A stretch of 64,000 bases of DNA from Polyangiaceae bacterium (GTDB taxonomy: Bacteria; Myxococcota_A; Polyangia; Polyangiales; Polyangiaceae), in NCBI GenBank assembly GCA_044376115.1, contig JBILLK010000023.1:105328-169327 (forward strand). The letters are read 5' to 3'. Each line of letters opens with the position of its first letter. The first letter of the stretch is position 1. Both the position numbers and the translations under genes were made by a program. The notes beneath the pieces are model-generated. The model had not been told where the DNA came from, did no database searches, and saw only the letters and a list, made by a program, of their open reading frames with translations. This document shows positions 1 through 9,677 of this stretch, one piece after another.

Positions 1-1
1 G

Positions 2-847
2 GAGGCCGGGCGCTTTCGCAACTTCATGACCTACGGCCGGGCCTGGACCGAAGAGGTCGGCTCGGAAGACTGCCACGGCCGGGCGATCTGGGCGCTGGGC
101 GCGCTGGTCGGTCGCTCGCGGGATCCGGGCCGGCAGAGCCTGGCGGGCGCACTCTTTCACGCGGCCTTGCCGGCGCTGCGCAGCTTCAGCTCGCCGCGAG
201 CCTGGGCCTTTGGGCTGCTCGGGATCGACGAGTATCTGAAGGCATTCCACGGCGACACCAACGTTCAAGCGGTCAGGAACAACCTCGCGTCGCGGCTGCT
301 CGATCTGCTGACCCGCGTTCGAGCGCTCGATTGGGTGTGGTTCGAGGACAGCGTGACCTACGACAACGCACGATTGTCGCAGGCGTTGATCACCGCTGGA
401 GCTGGCATGGAGAACGAGGAGATGACGAGCGCTGGGCTCGCTTCGCTCGAATGGTTGACCAACGCCCAACGCAGCGATGCAGGGCTCTTTTCTCCCATCG
501 GTTCGAATGGGTTTTGGAAGCGCGGTGAGCCGATGCCGCTCTTCGATCAGCAGCCGGTGGAGGCCGGCGCAACCGTATCGGCCTGTCTCGAGGCCCGTCG
601 CGTGAGCGGCGATCTCAAATGGCTCGTCCGAGCCCAGCGTGCTTTCAGCTGGTTTCTCGGCCAAAATGTGTTGCAACAGTCTCTCTATGACGCCTCGAGT
701 GGAGGCTGCAGAGATGGCTTGCACGCAGATCGCGTGAACGAAAATCAGGGCGCCGAGTCCAGCTTGGCGTTCCAACTCGCATTGCTTGAGATGCGTGAAG
801 TCGATCGAGCTCCAGCCTCCAGCTGGACCAGTGAGGCCAAACGATGA
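2..847 (+). CDS. C-terminal part of a glycosyltransferase (GT4-type) with a six-hairpin glycosidase-like domain; 5' end outside the window
   Basis: Frame open from the window edge. Motifs SEDxHGRAIWALG, WFEDxxTYDNARL, FDQQPxEA and GCRDGLHxDRVNENQGAES are typical of GT4 fusion proteins found next to GH130 genes. Confidence 0.7.
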   Translation, partial: EAGRFRNFMTYGRAWTEEVGSEDCHGRAIWALGALVGRSRDPGRQSLAGALFHAALPALRSFSSPRAWAFGLLGIDEYLKAFHGDTNVQAVRNNLASRLLDLLTRVRALDWVWFEDSVTYDNARLSQALITAGAGMENEEMTSAGLASLEWLTNAQRSDAGLFSPIGSNGFWKRGEPMPLFDQQPVEAGATVSACLEARRVSGDLKWLVRAQRAFSWFLGQNVLQQSLYDASSGGCRDGLHADRVNENQGAESSLAFQLALLEMREVDRAPASSWTSEAKR

Positions 848-1851
848 AAGCGTATCAATCGCTGCTAACGCGGCATGCAAAGAACCCAATCCTCACCGCT
901 GCGGATTGGCCCTACCCCGTTCACAGCGTTTTCAACCCAGGAGCCACGCTGCTCAAAGACGGGACCACGCTGCTGCTCTGTCGCGTGGAGGATCGTCGCG
1001 GGCACTCGCACCTGTGCGCCGCACGCTCGCAGAACGGCTTCGATGGCTGGGTGATCGATGAGCAGCCAACCATGCTACCCAGCCCTGATGAGTACCCCGA
1101 CGAATTCTGGGGCATTGAAGATCCGCGGATAACCTACATGGAGGGTCTGCAGCGCTACGCGATCGCGTACACCGCGTTCTCGCGCGGTGGTCCCGGTGTG
1201 GCGTTAGCGCTGACCTCCGACTTCAAGACCTTCGAGCGGCTCGGGCTCGTGATGCAGCCCGATGACAAAGACGCAGCCCTCTTGCCGCGCAAAATCGACG
1301 GCAGCTATGCACTCTTGCATCGACCGCTAACCGACCTAGGCGCACACATTTGGCTCTCGTACTCCCCCGACTTGCGCAACTGGGGGAGCCACAAGCTCAT
1401 TCTTCAGGCTCGCAAGGGCGCATGGTGGGACGCCAACAAGGTTGGGCTATCCCCGCCGTTGATCGAGACAAAGGAGGGCTGGCTGATGATGTACCACGGC
1501 GTGCGTCACACAGCGTCGGGATGCCTGTATCGCTTGGGGCTCGCGCTGTTCGAACTGGAGCACCCGGAGCACTGCCTGCTGCGCGGCGACTCGTGGATCT
1601 TTGGGCCGGAGACCGCCTATGAACGAGAGGGCGACGTCGGCAATGTCACCTTCCCATGCGGGACGACGCTGGCGCCCGACGGCGATACGCTCAACGTCTA
1701 TTACGGCGCCGCCGACAGCTGCATCGCGCTCGCAACCGGCAGCATCCGCGCGATGTTGAAGTGGCTGCATGAAAACGGCTCGATACCCCTGGAACAACGC
1801 TCTCCAGAGCACAGCGTCAAGTCGATCCCCCCGAGCTTCCCGACGCCCTGA
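844..1851 (+). CDS. Glycoside hydrolase family 130 (mannoside phosphorylase/glycosidase-like)
   Basis: Motifs NPIL, VFNPGA, GIEDPRIT, DKDAAL, YHGV, GDVGNVTFPCG, YYGAADS; ATGA overlap with the upstream gene. Confidence 0.85.
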   Translation: MKAYQSLLTRHAKNPILTAADWPYPVHSVFNPGATLLKDGTTLLLCRVEDRRGHSHLCAARSQNGFDGWVIDEQPTMLPSPDEYPDEFWGIEDPRITYMEGLQRYAIAYTAFSRGGPGVALALTSDFKTFERLGLVMQPDDKDAALLPRKIDGSYALLHRPLTDLGAHIWLSYSPDLRNWGSHKLILQARKGAWWDANKVGLSPPLIETKEGWLMMYHGVRHTASGCLYRLGLALFELEHPEHCLLRGDSWIFGPETAYEREGDVGNVTFPCGTTLAPDGDTLNVYYGAADSCIALATGSIRAMLKWLHENGSIPLEQRSPEHSVKSIPPSFPTP

Positions 1852-1874
1852 GCGCGGGCTGCTAGCGTGGCGGC

Positions 1875-2582
1875 GTGCAATCCGACCACTCCGAGGAGCA
1901 AGCTCGCATCTATCAGACCCAGGCCGAACTCTACGATGAGCTGATCGCAGCAGAGGACGCCGACGGCGCGCTGCAGCTCGAGCTCGCCCGCCACGACATT
2001 CTCGATGTCGGCGCCGGCACGGGTCGCATCTCGCGGCTGCTCGCCGACAAGGCGCGCAGCCTCACGCTCGTGGATCGAGCGGGCCCGATGTTGGCGGTCG
2101 CCAGGCGACACCTACAACGCTTGGGCACGCCGTTTTCGGTGCATGAGGCCGACGCGCAGGACCTCCCTCTCGCCAGCGCTGGCTTTGATTTGGCGGTGGC
2201 CGGCTGGGTGTTCGGCCACTTCCGTCATTGGATGCCCGACGGCTGGCGAGCCGAAGTCTCGCGCGCAGTGGCCGAGATGCGTCGCGTGGTACGGCCCGGC
2301 GGTACGCTTTTGGTGATCGAGACGCTGGGTACTGGGCATGAGCAACCGCGTAAGCACGCTGGGCTCGACGAGTACTTCGATGAGCTCGCGGCGCTCGGCT
2401 TTGACAAGCACTGGATTCGAACCGACTACGAGTTTGCTTCGGTCGCCGAGGCGGTCCGCATTTGTGGGGCCTTCTTCGGTCCCGAACTGATCGCGACGAT
2501 CGAGCAACGACGCTGGGTTCGTGTGCCCGAGTGCACGGCTGTATTTGTGAGTCAGCAGCCGCCCGCAGCATTCGGACCTTGA
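1875..2582 (+). CDS. Class I SAM-dependent methyltransferase
   Basis: ILDVGAGTG SAM motif; DAQDLPL...FDL; RVVRPGG. Confidence 0.85.
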   Translation: MQSDHSEEQARIYQTQAELYDELIAAEDADGALQLELARHDILDVGAGTGRISRLLADKARSLTLVDRAGPMLAVARRHLQRLGTPFSVHEADAQDLPLASAGFDLAVAGWVFGHFRHWMPDGWRAEVSRAVAEMRRVVRPGGTLLVIETLGTGHEQPRKHAGLDEYFDELAALGFDKHWIRTDYEFASVAEAVRICGAFFGPELIATIEQRRWVRVPECTAVFVSQQPPAAFGP

Positions 2583-2613
2583 AAGCCGGCTGCGAGCGCC
2601 GAACAATGCGGCG

Positions 2614-3609
2614 ATGCAAATTTCTTCGGAGCTGACTGCACGACACACGGCACGGCGCGGAGTGCCGATGGGACTCGCAGCGCTAGCGATGCTCGTGGCT
2701 TGCACGTCGTCGAGGACCAACTCGAGGCCGCCTCCCATCTGCCAATTTCCAGGACAAATGGGCTGTGTTCCACCCAACTATGGGAACGCGCCAGCGCTGC
2801 CTCCCCAGGTCTGTCAGCAGAATCCGAATCAACCGGGCTGCCAGCCCAACTACGGCCAGCCCAATTACGGCGGTTACCCGCCGCCGGGCGGCGTGCAGCA
2901 ACCTGGGCCGCAACCTTCCTACCCGCGGACCGGCGGACCGGGTTACCCCGGTCGCATGCCTTACCCTTACCCCGCGCCCGGGCCTTACCCTCAGCAGCAG
3001 CAAACCCCCGGTTCATTCCTGCTGCCCAGCGCAACGCCGGTGCCCGCTCCATCCGCATCTCCGGCGGCGCCGCCGCCTCCCACCGTGGTCACCACGCTTT
3101 CGCAAGAGAAGCAGAACTGCCTCGGTGAAAACGGCAGCGAAGAAGATTGCACGACGGCGCTCAAGCAGTTGGCCGATGGCAACGCCAGCGGCAGCGAGAA
3201 CGACGCCGTCCTCGTTTACGAAAAGGCGTGCGCCAAGAAAGCGAAGTTGCTCGGCTGCGGAGCCTTCAAGTCGCAAGCGGTTACCACCGAGGATCGACCG
3301 ACGATCGGGCTCTTGGGGCTGTGTGAGTTCGGCCGTTACGAGGCCTGCGAAGACGTCGCGACCAAAGCGCCGCCGCTGAAGGCTTGGCTTATCAACCTCA
3401 AGGAGAGCGGCTGCAAGAAAGGCGCAACTGCGCTGTGTAAGAACTTCAAAGCCTGCAAGGCGAAGACGGATTGGGGCTGCAAACCAGCTGGTTCGGGCTC
3501 CGAGGTGTGCGGCTGCGTTCCGCAGTGCAGCGGCACCTTGAGCGTAACCGCCGGTACGCGCAGCTGGCCCGACGGTTCGAAGCGCGGCGTGTTCGCCTGC
3601 GAACCATGA
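2614..3609 (+). CDS. Hypothetical lipoprotein with a Pro/Gln/Gly/Tyr-rich N-terminus and a Cys-rich C-terminus
   Basis: Lipobox-like MLVAC, low-complexity PQ/GY region, many Cys; start uncertain. Confidence 0.65.
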   Translation: MQISSELTARHTARRGVPMGLAALAMLVACTSSRTNSRPPPICQFPGQMGCVPPNYGNAPALPPQVCQQNPNQPGCQPNYGQPNYGGYPPPGGVQQPGPQPSYPRTGGPGYPGRMPYPYPAPGPYPQQQQTPGSFLLPSATPVPAPSASPAAPPPPTVVTTLSQEKQNCLGENGSEEDCTTALKQLADGNASGSENDAVLVYEKACAKKAKLLGCGAFKSQAVTTEDRPTIGLLGLCEFGRYEACEDVATKAPPLKAWLINLKESGCKKGATALCKNFKACKAKTDWGCKPAGSGSEVCGCVPQCSGTLSVTAGTRSWPDGSKRGVFACEP

Positions 3610-4637
3610 AGGGCATCCAGCTTCGACGGCGTCGAGCACTCTCGCTCGCGGCGCTGGTGCTGCTTGGTTGTGGCAACGCGGAGTCGAGTCGACGTCCACC
3701 GCTGGGTAAGCCGAGCGACGCGCGCGTGACGCAGGTGCTGACAACCGCGTCGACGAGCGTGGCCACGATTTCAACGACTGCGACAACGGCCTCGGCGCAG
3801 GTGCCCTCCACGCCGAGCAAACGCGGGATGCACGAACCGAGCGCTGAGTACCGTCAGCGTTACGCGTGGCTCGCGGCTGGCACCAACGTTCGAACGCTCG
3901 AAGACAGCTTTGATCCGCCGCCCGGCTATGCGCGCAAAGCGCTCCCGGCCGAAAGCTTCGGCGCGTTTCTTCGAGAGTTGCCGCTGCGCGCCGAGGGCAC
4001 GCCGGTCAATACCTATGAACGCAAGCTGCTGCTGGAAGGCAGTGATCCGCGCATCGCAGCGGTGGCCGAGCTCGATTTAAGCTACGCCGACATTCAACAA
4101 TGCGCCGACTCGGTGATTCGCCTGCACGCTGAGTGGCGATGGTCGCAGAACACCGCAGAGTCCGTGGGCTATCACTTCCTCAGCGGGGACTACGCCAAGT
4201 GGAGCCGTTATCGTGAAGGCCAGCGCCCGAAGGTCGACGGCAACAAGGTGGCTTGGGTTGGCGGCCTCGCGTTGAAGAATGACCACGCTTCCTACCGCAA
4301 GTACCTCGACATGGTGTTCAACTATGCCAGCACCATTTCGCTCGCGGGCAAGTCGAGTCGAGCGGTCGAGCGCAGCGAGGTGCAAGCGGGGGACTTCTTC
4401 ATTCTCCCCGGCGGCCCCGGTCACGTCATTCTGATCCTCGATCTGGCGGAGAACCCCGAAGGGAAACGGATGGCGCTGCTCGGTCAGGGGTACATGCCCG
4501 CGCAAGACTTCCAGGTGCTTCGTGGTGAACACGGCGGGTGGTTCGACCTGCAGGGTGACAGCGTCGATACGCCGTTTTGGCCGGTGCCCTTTCCTTGGTC
4601 CAGCCTGCATCGAATGAAGGAAGAAGCAGCCCCGTGA
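3606..4637 (+). CDS. DUF4846-like lipoprotein
   Basis: ATGA overlap; lipobox LLGC; motifs PPGYxR, FLRxLPL, QQCADxVIRLxAE, GGPGH, QGYMPAQ. Confidence 0.75.
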   Translation: MKGIQLRRRRALSLAALVLLGCGNAESSRRPPLGKPSDARVTQVLTTASTSVATISTTATTASAQVPSTPSKRGMHEPSAEYRQRYAWLAAGTNVRTLEDSFDPPPGYARKALPAESFGAFLRELPLRAEGTPVNTYERKLLLEGSDPRIAAVAELDLSYADIQQCADSVIRLHAEWRWSQNTAESVGYHFLSGDYAKWSRYREGQRPKVDGNKVAWVGGLALKNDHASYRKYLDMVFNYASTISLAGKSSRAVERSEVQAGDFFILPGGPGHVILILDLAENPEGKRMALLGQGYMPAQDFQVLRGEHGGWFDLQGDSVDTPFWPVPFPWSSLHRMKEEAAP

Positions 4638-5161
4638 TGCTGCGCTTCGCGCTCGCAATCGCCCTCAGCGTGCCCCTGCTTGCGCCGCATGAGGCGCAAG
4701 CCGTGGAGCAGGAGTGGCATCTCGGCGGCGCCGCGAATTACGGCCTGCTGACCTTCGCGCGCGCACCTTCTCGCAACGGCTTCGGTGGCCAGCTGCTCGC
4801 GCGCTACGGCTTGAACGATGCGCTCGATCTCTCATTGAGCGCCGCAGCGATGAGCTTTCTCGAAGATGGGCGGTTGGTCTTTTCCGGTGCCGCCGGCGTG
4901 ACCTACGTGGTGGACGTCCTGCGCTGGATCCCAACCGTCGGCGCGCATATCGGCGTGGTCGACATCCTGACCACGCGCTGCGAAACCTTGCCCGAGCTCT
5001 GCTACCACGACATCCGGCCCACGGTGGGCGTACCCATCTCGCTCGAATATCGCGTGCTGCCGGAGCTGCCGGTGGGAGCGCGCTTCGAGCCGACCTTGCT
5101 CTTGTTCGGTGAACCCTCCTGGCTGCTCACCACGTCGCTGTACGGCGCGGTGGCCTTCTAA
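4634..5161 (+). CDS. Hypothetical exported protein, possibly a small outer-membrane beta-barrel
   Basis: Signal peptide, alternating amphipathic strands, C-terminal Phe; GTGA overlap. Confidence 0.55.
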   Translation: MMLRFALAIALSVPLLAPHEAQAVEQEWHLGGAANYGLLTFARAPSRNGFGGQLLARYGLNDALDLSLSAAAMSFLEDGRLVFSGAAGVTYVVDVLRWIPTVGAHIGVVDILTTRCETLPELCYHDIRPTVGVPISLEYRVLPELPVGARFEPTLLLFGEPSWLLTTSLYGAVAF

Positions 5162-5182
5162 AGCGAATCGATACGGCCCAGC

Positions 5183-5929
5183 ATGAGAGTTGGTCTTTCC
5201 GCGAGCATGATGCCGGCCGATCCGGCGCGAACGATCTTCAACGGCCGCCCGCTGCTCTTCGTCGAGCGCTCACTCACCGAATGGCTCTCGGTTCCGGGCG
5301 TGAACGTGTACGTGCTGACCGAGTCGAGCCACGGCTACGAAGCGACGGCCGACGATCTCGACGGCTTGGTGTTATCGGGCGGGGTGGATATTGCGCCGGG
5401 AGCCTATGGTGAGGTCGCACGACGTCCAGCGTGGGAGGGAGATCCGCGACGCGATGCCTACGAACTCGCGCTCTTTCGCGCGATGCTCGCTCGCGACAAG
5501 CCGGTGCTCGGCATATGCCGCGGCCATCAGTTGATCAACGTCGCGCTGGGTGGTTCGTTGCATCAGGACGTGCTCGAGGAGAGGCCGGGCGCGCTCGTGC
5601 ACCGCGACGCCGTGCAATACGATCGCAATCAGCACGACATCCTATTGCAGCCGGAGGGCGCACTTGCGCGGCTGTATCCGGGGGTTGCGCGCGCGCGCGT
5701 AAACACGGTGCACCATCAGGCGGTGAATCGCTTGGGCGAGGGCTTGGTGATCGACGCGCTCTCGGCAGAAGACGGCGTAGTCGAGGCGATCAGCCTGCCT
5801 GGCCGGAGCTTCATTCGCGGAATCCAGTGGCACCCCGAGTTTCAGGATCCAGAGGCCAGTCATCGCTTGGACAACGGGGTCCTTCGCGAGGCCTTCTTCA
5901 GCGCAGTTGGCGCTCGGCGCGCAGGCTGA
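5183..5929 (+). CDS. Gamma-glutamyl-gamma-aminobutyrate hydrolase family (peptidase C26, class I glutamine amidotransferase)
   Basis: GLVLSGGxD, GICRG nucleophile, VNTVHHQ, QWHPE. Confidence 0.85.
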   Translation: MRVGLSASMMPADPARTIFNGRPLLFVERSLTEWLSVPGVNVYVLTESSHGYEATADDLDGLVLSGGVDIAPGAYGEVARRPAWEGDPRRDAYELALFRAMLARDKPVLGICRGHQLINVALGGSLHQDVLEERPGALVHRDAVQYDRNQHDILLQPEGALARLYPGVARARVNTVHHQAVNRLGEGLVIDALSAEDGVVEAISLPGRSFIRGIQWHPEFQDPEASHRLDNGVLREAFFSAVGARRAG

Positions 5930-5992
5930 CCGCAGGGTCACGTCGTAGGTTTTGTGGCGAGCGACGTCGCATCATGGCACCATGCCGCCCTG

Positions 5993-6415
5993 ATGCTCGA
6001 CCTTCGTTCTTCGCGCAAAGCACAGTCACTTCTCGTCGTCGTGGGCCTGCTGACGAGCTCGCTCGTCGGCTGCAAGAAGGAGGAAGAGAGCGAGGCGCCC
6101 ATCAAGCGCAAGTCGACCTCCGAGCAGACGTCCACCTCCACCGCGGCGGCCCCTGCGCCCGCGCCCGCCCCGCTGCCACCGACCCCAACACCTACGCCGA
6201 CGCCGACCCCCGAGGCCACGACGACCACCACCACGACGGCCACCGGCACCACCACCACCACCGCCACGGGTACCACGACAACGACGGCTCCGTCAGCGAC
6301 CGGCTCAACCTCCGGCGCGAAGCCTGGTTTCCCGGTGATTCCCACCGCGATCCCGACCACGATTCCGCCGATCCCCACCGGGCTGCCCATCCCGAAGTTC
6401 CCTGGCAGCAAGTGA
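5993..6415 (+). CDS. Pro/Thr-rich lipoprotein
   Basis: Lipobox LVGC followed by PA/PT/poly-Thr tracts. Confidence 0.65.
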   Translation: MLDLRSSRKAQSLLVVVGLLTSSLVGCKKEEESEAPIKRKSTSEQTSTSTAAAPAPAPAPLPPTPTPTPTPTPEATTTTTTTATGTTTTTATGTTTTTAPSATGSTSGAKPGFPVIPTAIPTTIPPIPTGLPIPKFPGSK

Positions 6416-6527
6416 GTCTTGGGCGCAGGTTCGTTCCTGATCTCCTACTTGTTATGCCGAGCCTTCAGCACTTTTGATCGGCAAGCGGCCCGCTACGCAT
6501 AAACTCAAGGGCAGAACGGAGGAGCGA

Positions 6528-6983
6528 GTGGCCAGAAGAGATGATCGAATCGACTCAGGCGTTGCGGTGTACGAAGACATCATTGCACTCGCCGAGTGTT
6601 CGGCGCTCGATCTCGAAGGCCACGCGCGAGATCCCGAGGCGCGCGATCTCTCCATCGCGCTACGACGCACCATTCAGGCGTTGCGACTCGCCGTCGTTGC
6701 CGACGCGGAGCCAGCGATCTTGATGCGAATCCAGCTACGGCTCGAGACCATGACGCGCCAAGTCTCGACCTTCTTGGCCAACTGCGAAGCGAAGCCGGAT
6801 TCCCAACGAGTCACCGCGCCCCCGCCCTCCGGGCTCGATCCGGCGACGCTGTTTCAGCATCAAACCCCCGCCTCCGAACGGCCCACCTTCAGGCCGGAAC
6901 CGCCGGCGCAAGCCAAGTCTGGCGTCGTGTCGAAGGTCCAAGCGCCGGACTCGTCCGTTGGCAAATCGCGCACGGGTGCGTAG
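6528..6983 (+). CDS. Hypothetical protein
   Basis: GGAGGA RBS before GTG at 6528; fills the gap before the cytochrome gene. Confidence 0.5.
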   Translation: MARRDDRIDSGVAVYEDIIALAECSALDLEGHARDPEARDLSIALRRTIQALRLAVVADAEPAILMRIQLRLETMTRQVSTFLANCEAKPDSQRVTAPPPSGLDPATLFQHQTPASERPTFRPEPPAQAKSGVVSKVQAPDSSVGKSRTGA

Positions 6984-7998
6984 CGGCCTGCTGCTCGCGC
7001 TGGCGCTCGGCTGTGACACCGCAGCCGAGTATCCGCCCGCACCCGCGATGGTTGCGTTTGCTGCGCCAGGCCCGGCGCGGCAGCGTCAGCACGCAGCCGT
7101 GGAGGCCAACCGTGCCTGCACCACGTGTCATGTGGACGAGGCCGCGGAGTGGCAGGGGTCGTTGCACCAACGCGCCAACATCGAGCCGGCGTACCTGCGT
7201 GCCTTCGCGATCGAGCCGATGCCGTTCTGTCGCAGTTGCCACGCGCCCGAGTCGCTCGTCGATCAAGCTCCGGATCACGACGTGAGCGCACTCGGGGTTG
7301 GCTGCGTCACCTGTCACTTGACGAGCGGTGAGGTGTTGGCCACACCGGGAACCGGCAGCGCACCGCACGGCTTGATGCGAGACGCGGCGTTTGCGAGCAG
7401 CCGCGCTTGCGAGGGCTGCCATCAGTTTCGGTTCCCAGGGCGAATGAGCGCCGACCCCGCCGACTTCATGCAAACCACGGTGATGGAACACGAGGCGAGC
7501 GGCTCCAGCCAAAGCTGCGCCGACTGCCACATGCCGCGCGAAGCCAACGGCAAACGCTCACATCGCTTCGTCTCCTCGCGCGATCCTGAGAAGCTCAAAC
7601 AGGCGCTCTCGGTGAGCGCGGAGCGAATCCGCGGCGCGGTCAAACTCGCCCTGCGCCCCGTCAACGTCGGGCACTCCTTCCCAACCGGGGATCTGTTCCG
7701 ACGGCTCGAGGTGAGCGTGGAGGCGTACGGCGATGATCACGCTGTGGTCGCGAGCGAGCGCCGCTATTTGACGCGCCATTTCGACCTCACGTCGCGCGGG
7801 CGCATGTTGCTCAAAGACGACCGGCTGAAGCCCGATGGCGCTACGCTCGAGTTTGATTTGGGGCCGCAGGCAGCGGGCTTTCCCATCGCCTACCGCGTTG
7901 CATACCAGCGGGTCGCCCATCCCCAAGGCATCGATGAGGCCGCCGCGGTGCTCGAAGATGAGGTCGTGCTCGCGCAGGGAGATCTCCCGGCGCCCTGA
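6976..7998 (+). CDS. Multiheme c-type cytochrome lipoprotein (5 CxxCH)
   Basis: CTTCH, CRSCH, CVTCH, CEGCH, CADCH; lipobox LALGC; GHSFPTGD motif. Confidence 0.85.
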   Translation: MRSGLLLALALGCDTAAEYPPAPAMVAFAAPGPARQRQHAAVEANRACTTCHVDEAAEWQGSLHQRANIEPAYLRAFAIEPMPFCRSCHAPESLVDQAPDHDVSALGVGCVTCHLTSGEVLATPGTGSAPHGLMRDAAFASSRACEGCHQFRFPGRMSADPADFMQTTVMEHEASGSSQSCADCHMPREANGKRSHRFVSSRDPEKLKQALSVSAERIRGAVKLALRPVNVGHSFPTGDLFRRLEVSVEAYGDDHAVVASERRYLTRHFDLTSRGRMLLKDDRLKPDGATLEFDLGPQAAGFPIAYRVAYQRVAHPQGIDEAAAVLEDEVVLAQGDLPAP

Positions 7999-8029
7999 CT
8001 CAGAAGCGCAGCGTTGTGGCCGACCGCAC

Positions 8030-8806
8030 TCAGCCGTAGTGTCGCTCATGCGCCGCGAGCTTGGGCTCGATCCGGCGTATCGCTTGCTCGACGCGCTGCG
8101 CGGGACCCACACCGCTGCCAGCCTGAAGGACATGCGTATGGGCGGCGCAAACGTTGTCAATGGTACGAAGACGCTCGACCAGGGCGCGCGCCCACTCACG
8201 GAAGTCGCTCGCTGCTCGAGCACGATGCTCCAAGACCTGGGATAGCGATGGATGGAATGCCAGGAGGTCCTGTTTGAACCAGCGGACCACGGGCGGCATC
8301 CGCACATAGTTGATGGTGTCATCCACATGCAGGGTGCGAGACACGCTGTGGAAGGCGAGCACAGAGGAAAAGTGAAGATTCTCGTTGGCTGGGATGAGCT
8401 CCACACCGCGTGGCACGGAGAAGTCGAGATCCTCGGCGAACAGATCATGCGCGTCGGGTTGGTCCGAGAGCTCGGGTTGCCATGGCAGCTCAGGCGCGAG
8501 CCTCTTGTGACGCGCGGTTCCGTAGAGCTTGGCGTGGGGATAAAGCGCGTGCACCTTCGGAACGAACAGCGTGTGGAACGGATGCAGGTGCAGGATCGCT
8601 TCGATCGCTTCGCCACCGTGGGTCAGCTCGGCAATGTGCGCTTGAGTTGCCTCCGTCAGCTCGCATGCGTCGAGAAGCAAGAAGCGGCCGCTCTTTCGCT
8701 GCACCAAAGAGGCGTGTGTGCCAATTGGAACTACACCGCCAAGCTTCAATGCGCCTCGAATGTTCCAGAAGCCTTTTCCAAGGTGGAGAATGTTGTCGGG
8801 AGCCAT
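8030..8806 (-). CDS. Hypothetical protein, metallo-beta-lactamase-like/DUF4336-like fold
   Basis: HLHPFH, TLHVDD and CAAH putative metal ligands. Confidence 0.6.
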   Translation of the reverse strand: MAPDNILHLGKGFWNIRGALKLGGVVPIGTHASLVQRKSGRFLLLDACELTEATQAHIAELTHGGEAIEAILHLHPFHTLFVPKVHALYPHAKLYGTARHKRLAPELPWQPELSDQPDAHDLFAEDLDFSVPRGVELIPANENLHFSSVLAFHSVSRTLHVDDTINYVRMPPVVRWFKQDLLAFHPSLSQVLEHRARAASDFREWARALVERLRTIDNVCAAHTHVLQAGSGVGPAQRVEQAIRRIEPKLAAHERHYG

Positions 8807-9050
8807 CGAGTTGCGCGCATCCTACGGCACTCGCAAAGGGTCGGGTCGCTGCATTGCGGGGCAGTCTGCACAATTTTCGCCGTGATTCACGTTCTCGGAT
8901 TCTGGCGCAGGGCGATCTCCCTGCGCGCTGACGGAGCACCAAGCGAGCTACGCGGCTCTACCTAGGATCCGATTGTCATCCCGGCTCGCGACTGCAGGAC
9001 GCTGAATCGCGGCGCGTTGAGAGTGGCAGAGATCCTGCACTCCGCTCGAG

Positions 9051-9677
9051 GTGCTCACCTCTCTCAAGCCGTGGCTAGGCGTTGGTCTTCTCACCTGCGC
9101 GCTCGCTGCGCCCAATCACGGCTTCGCGCAAGAAGAAACACAGCCCGTTGCTTCCGCGCCGAGCGCTTCAACGGCGTCCTCCGTGGAACCCACCTTCATT
9201 CATCTCGAGGCCGATCCCAGCGTTAGTTTGCGTCGTCGAGGCGGCCGGTTCGGCACGCACATCTGCGGCGCGCCCTGTGATGTCACGGTCGACGTTTCTT
9301 ATGCTCAGACTTTCTACTTGGAGGGGCTCTCGTTCGATCCGGGTGGCGTTCGCCTTTCGCCAGGTCGCCGCAATGAGATCGCGGTGGCCGGCGATCAGGG
9401 CGTGCACGTACTCGGCTTCTCGCTGCTCACGGTTGGCGGCGCAGCGTTTGGTGCGGGCGGGCTCGTGTTCGCGTTTCACGGCTTTATCAGCGCGGTCTAC
9501 GACGATGAACTCCCGACAGAAAACATCGCACTCTATTCGTCGCTGGTCGGCGGCGGCGCGCTCTTGCTTGCAGTTGGGATACCCCTCTTCGTTGCGGGCG
9601 ACCCAACGCTCGTCGTCGAGGTGACAGAGGGCTCTCCCGTGTCGCTCCGGCCGGATGGGCTGGCGGTGCAGTTTTGA
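9051..9677 (+). CDS. Hypothetical exported/membrane protein
   Basis: Signal peptide (AFA-like cleavage site), CGAPC motif, two C-terminal hydrophobic segments. Confidence 0.55.
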   Translation: MLTSLKPWLGVGLLTCALAAPNHGFAQEETQPVASAPSASTASSVEPTFIHLEADPSVSLRRRGGRFGTHICGAPCDVTVDVSYAQTFYLEGLSFDPGGVRLSPGRRNEIAVAGDQGVHVLGFSLLTVGGAAFGAGGLVFAFHGFISAVYDDELPTENIALYSSLVGGGALLLAVGIPLFVAGDPTLVVEVTEGSPVSLRPDGLAVQF

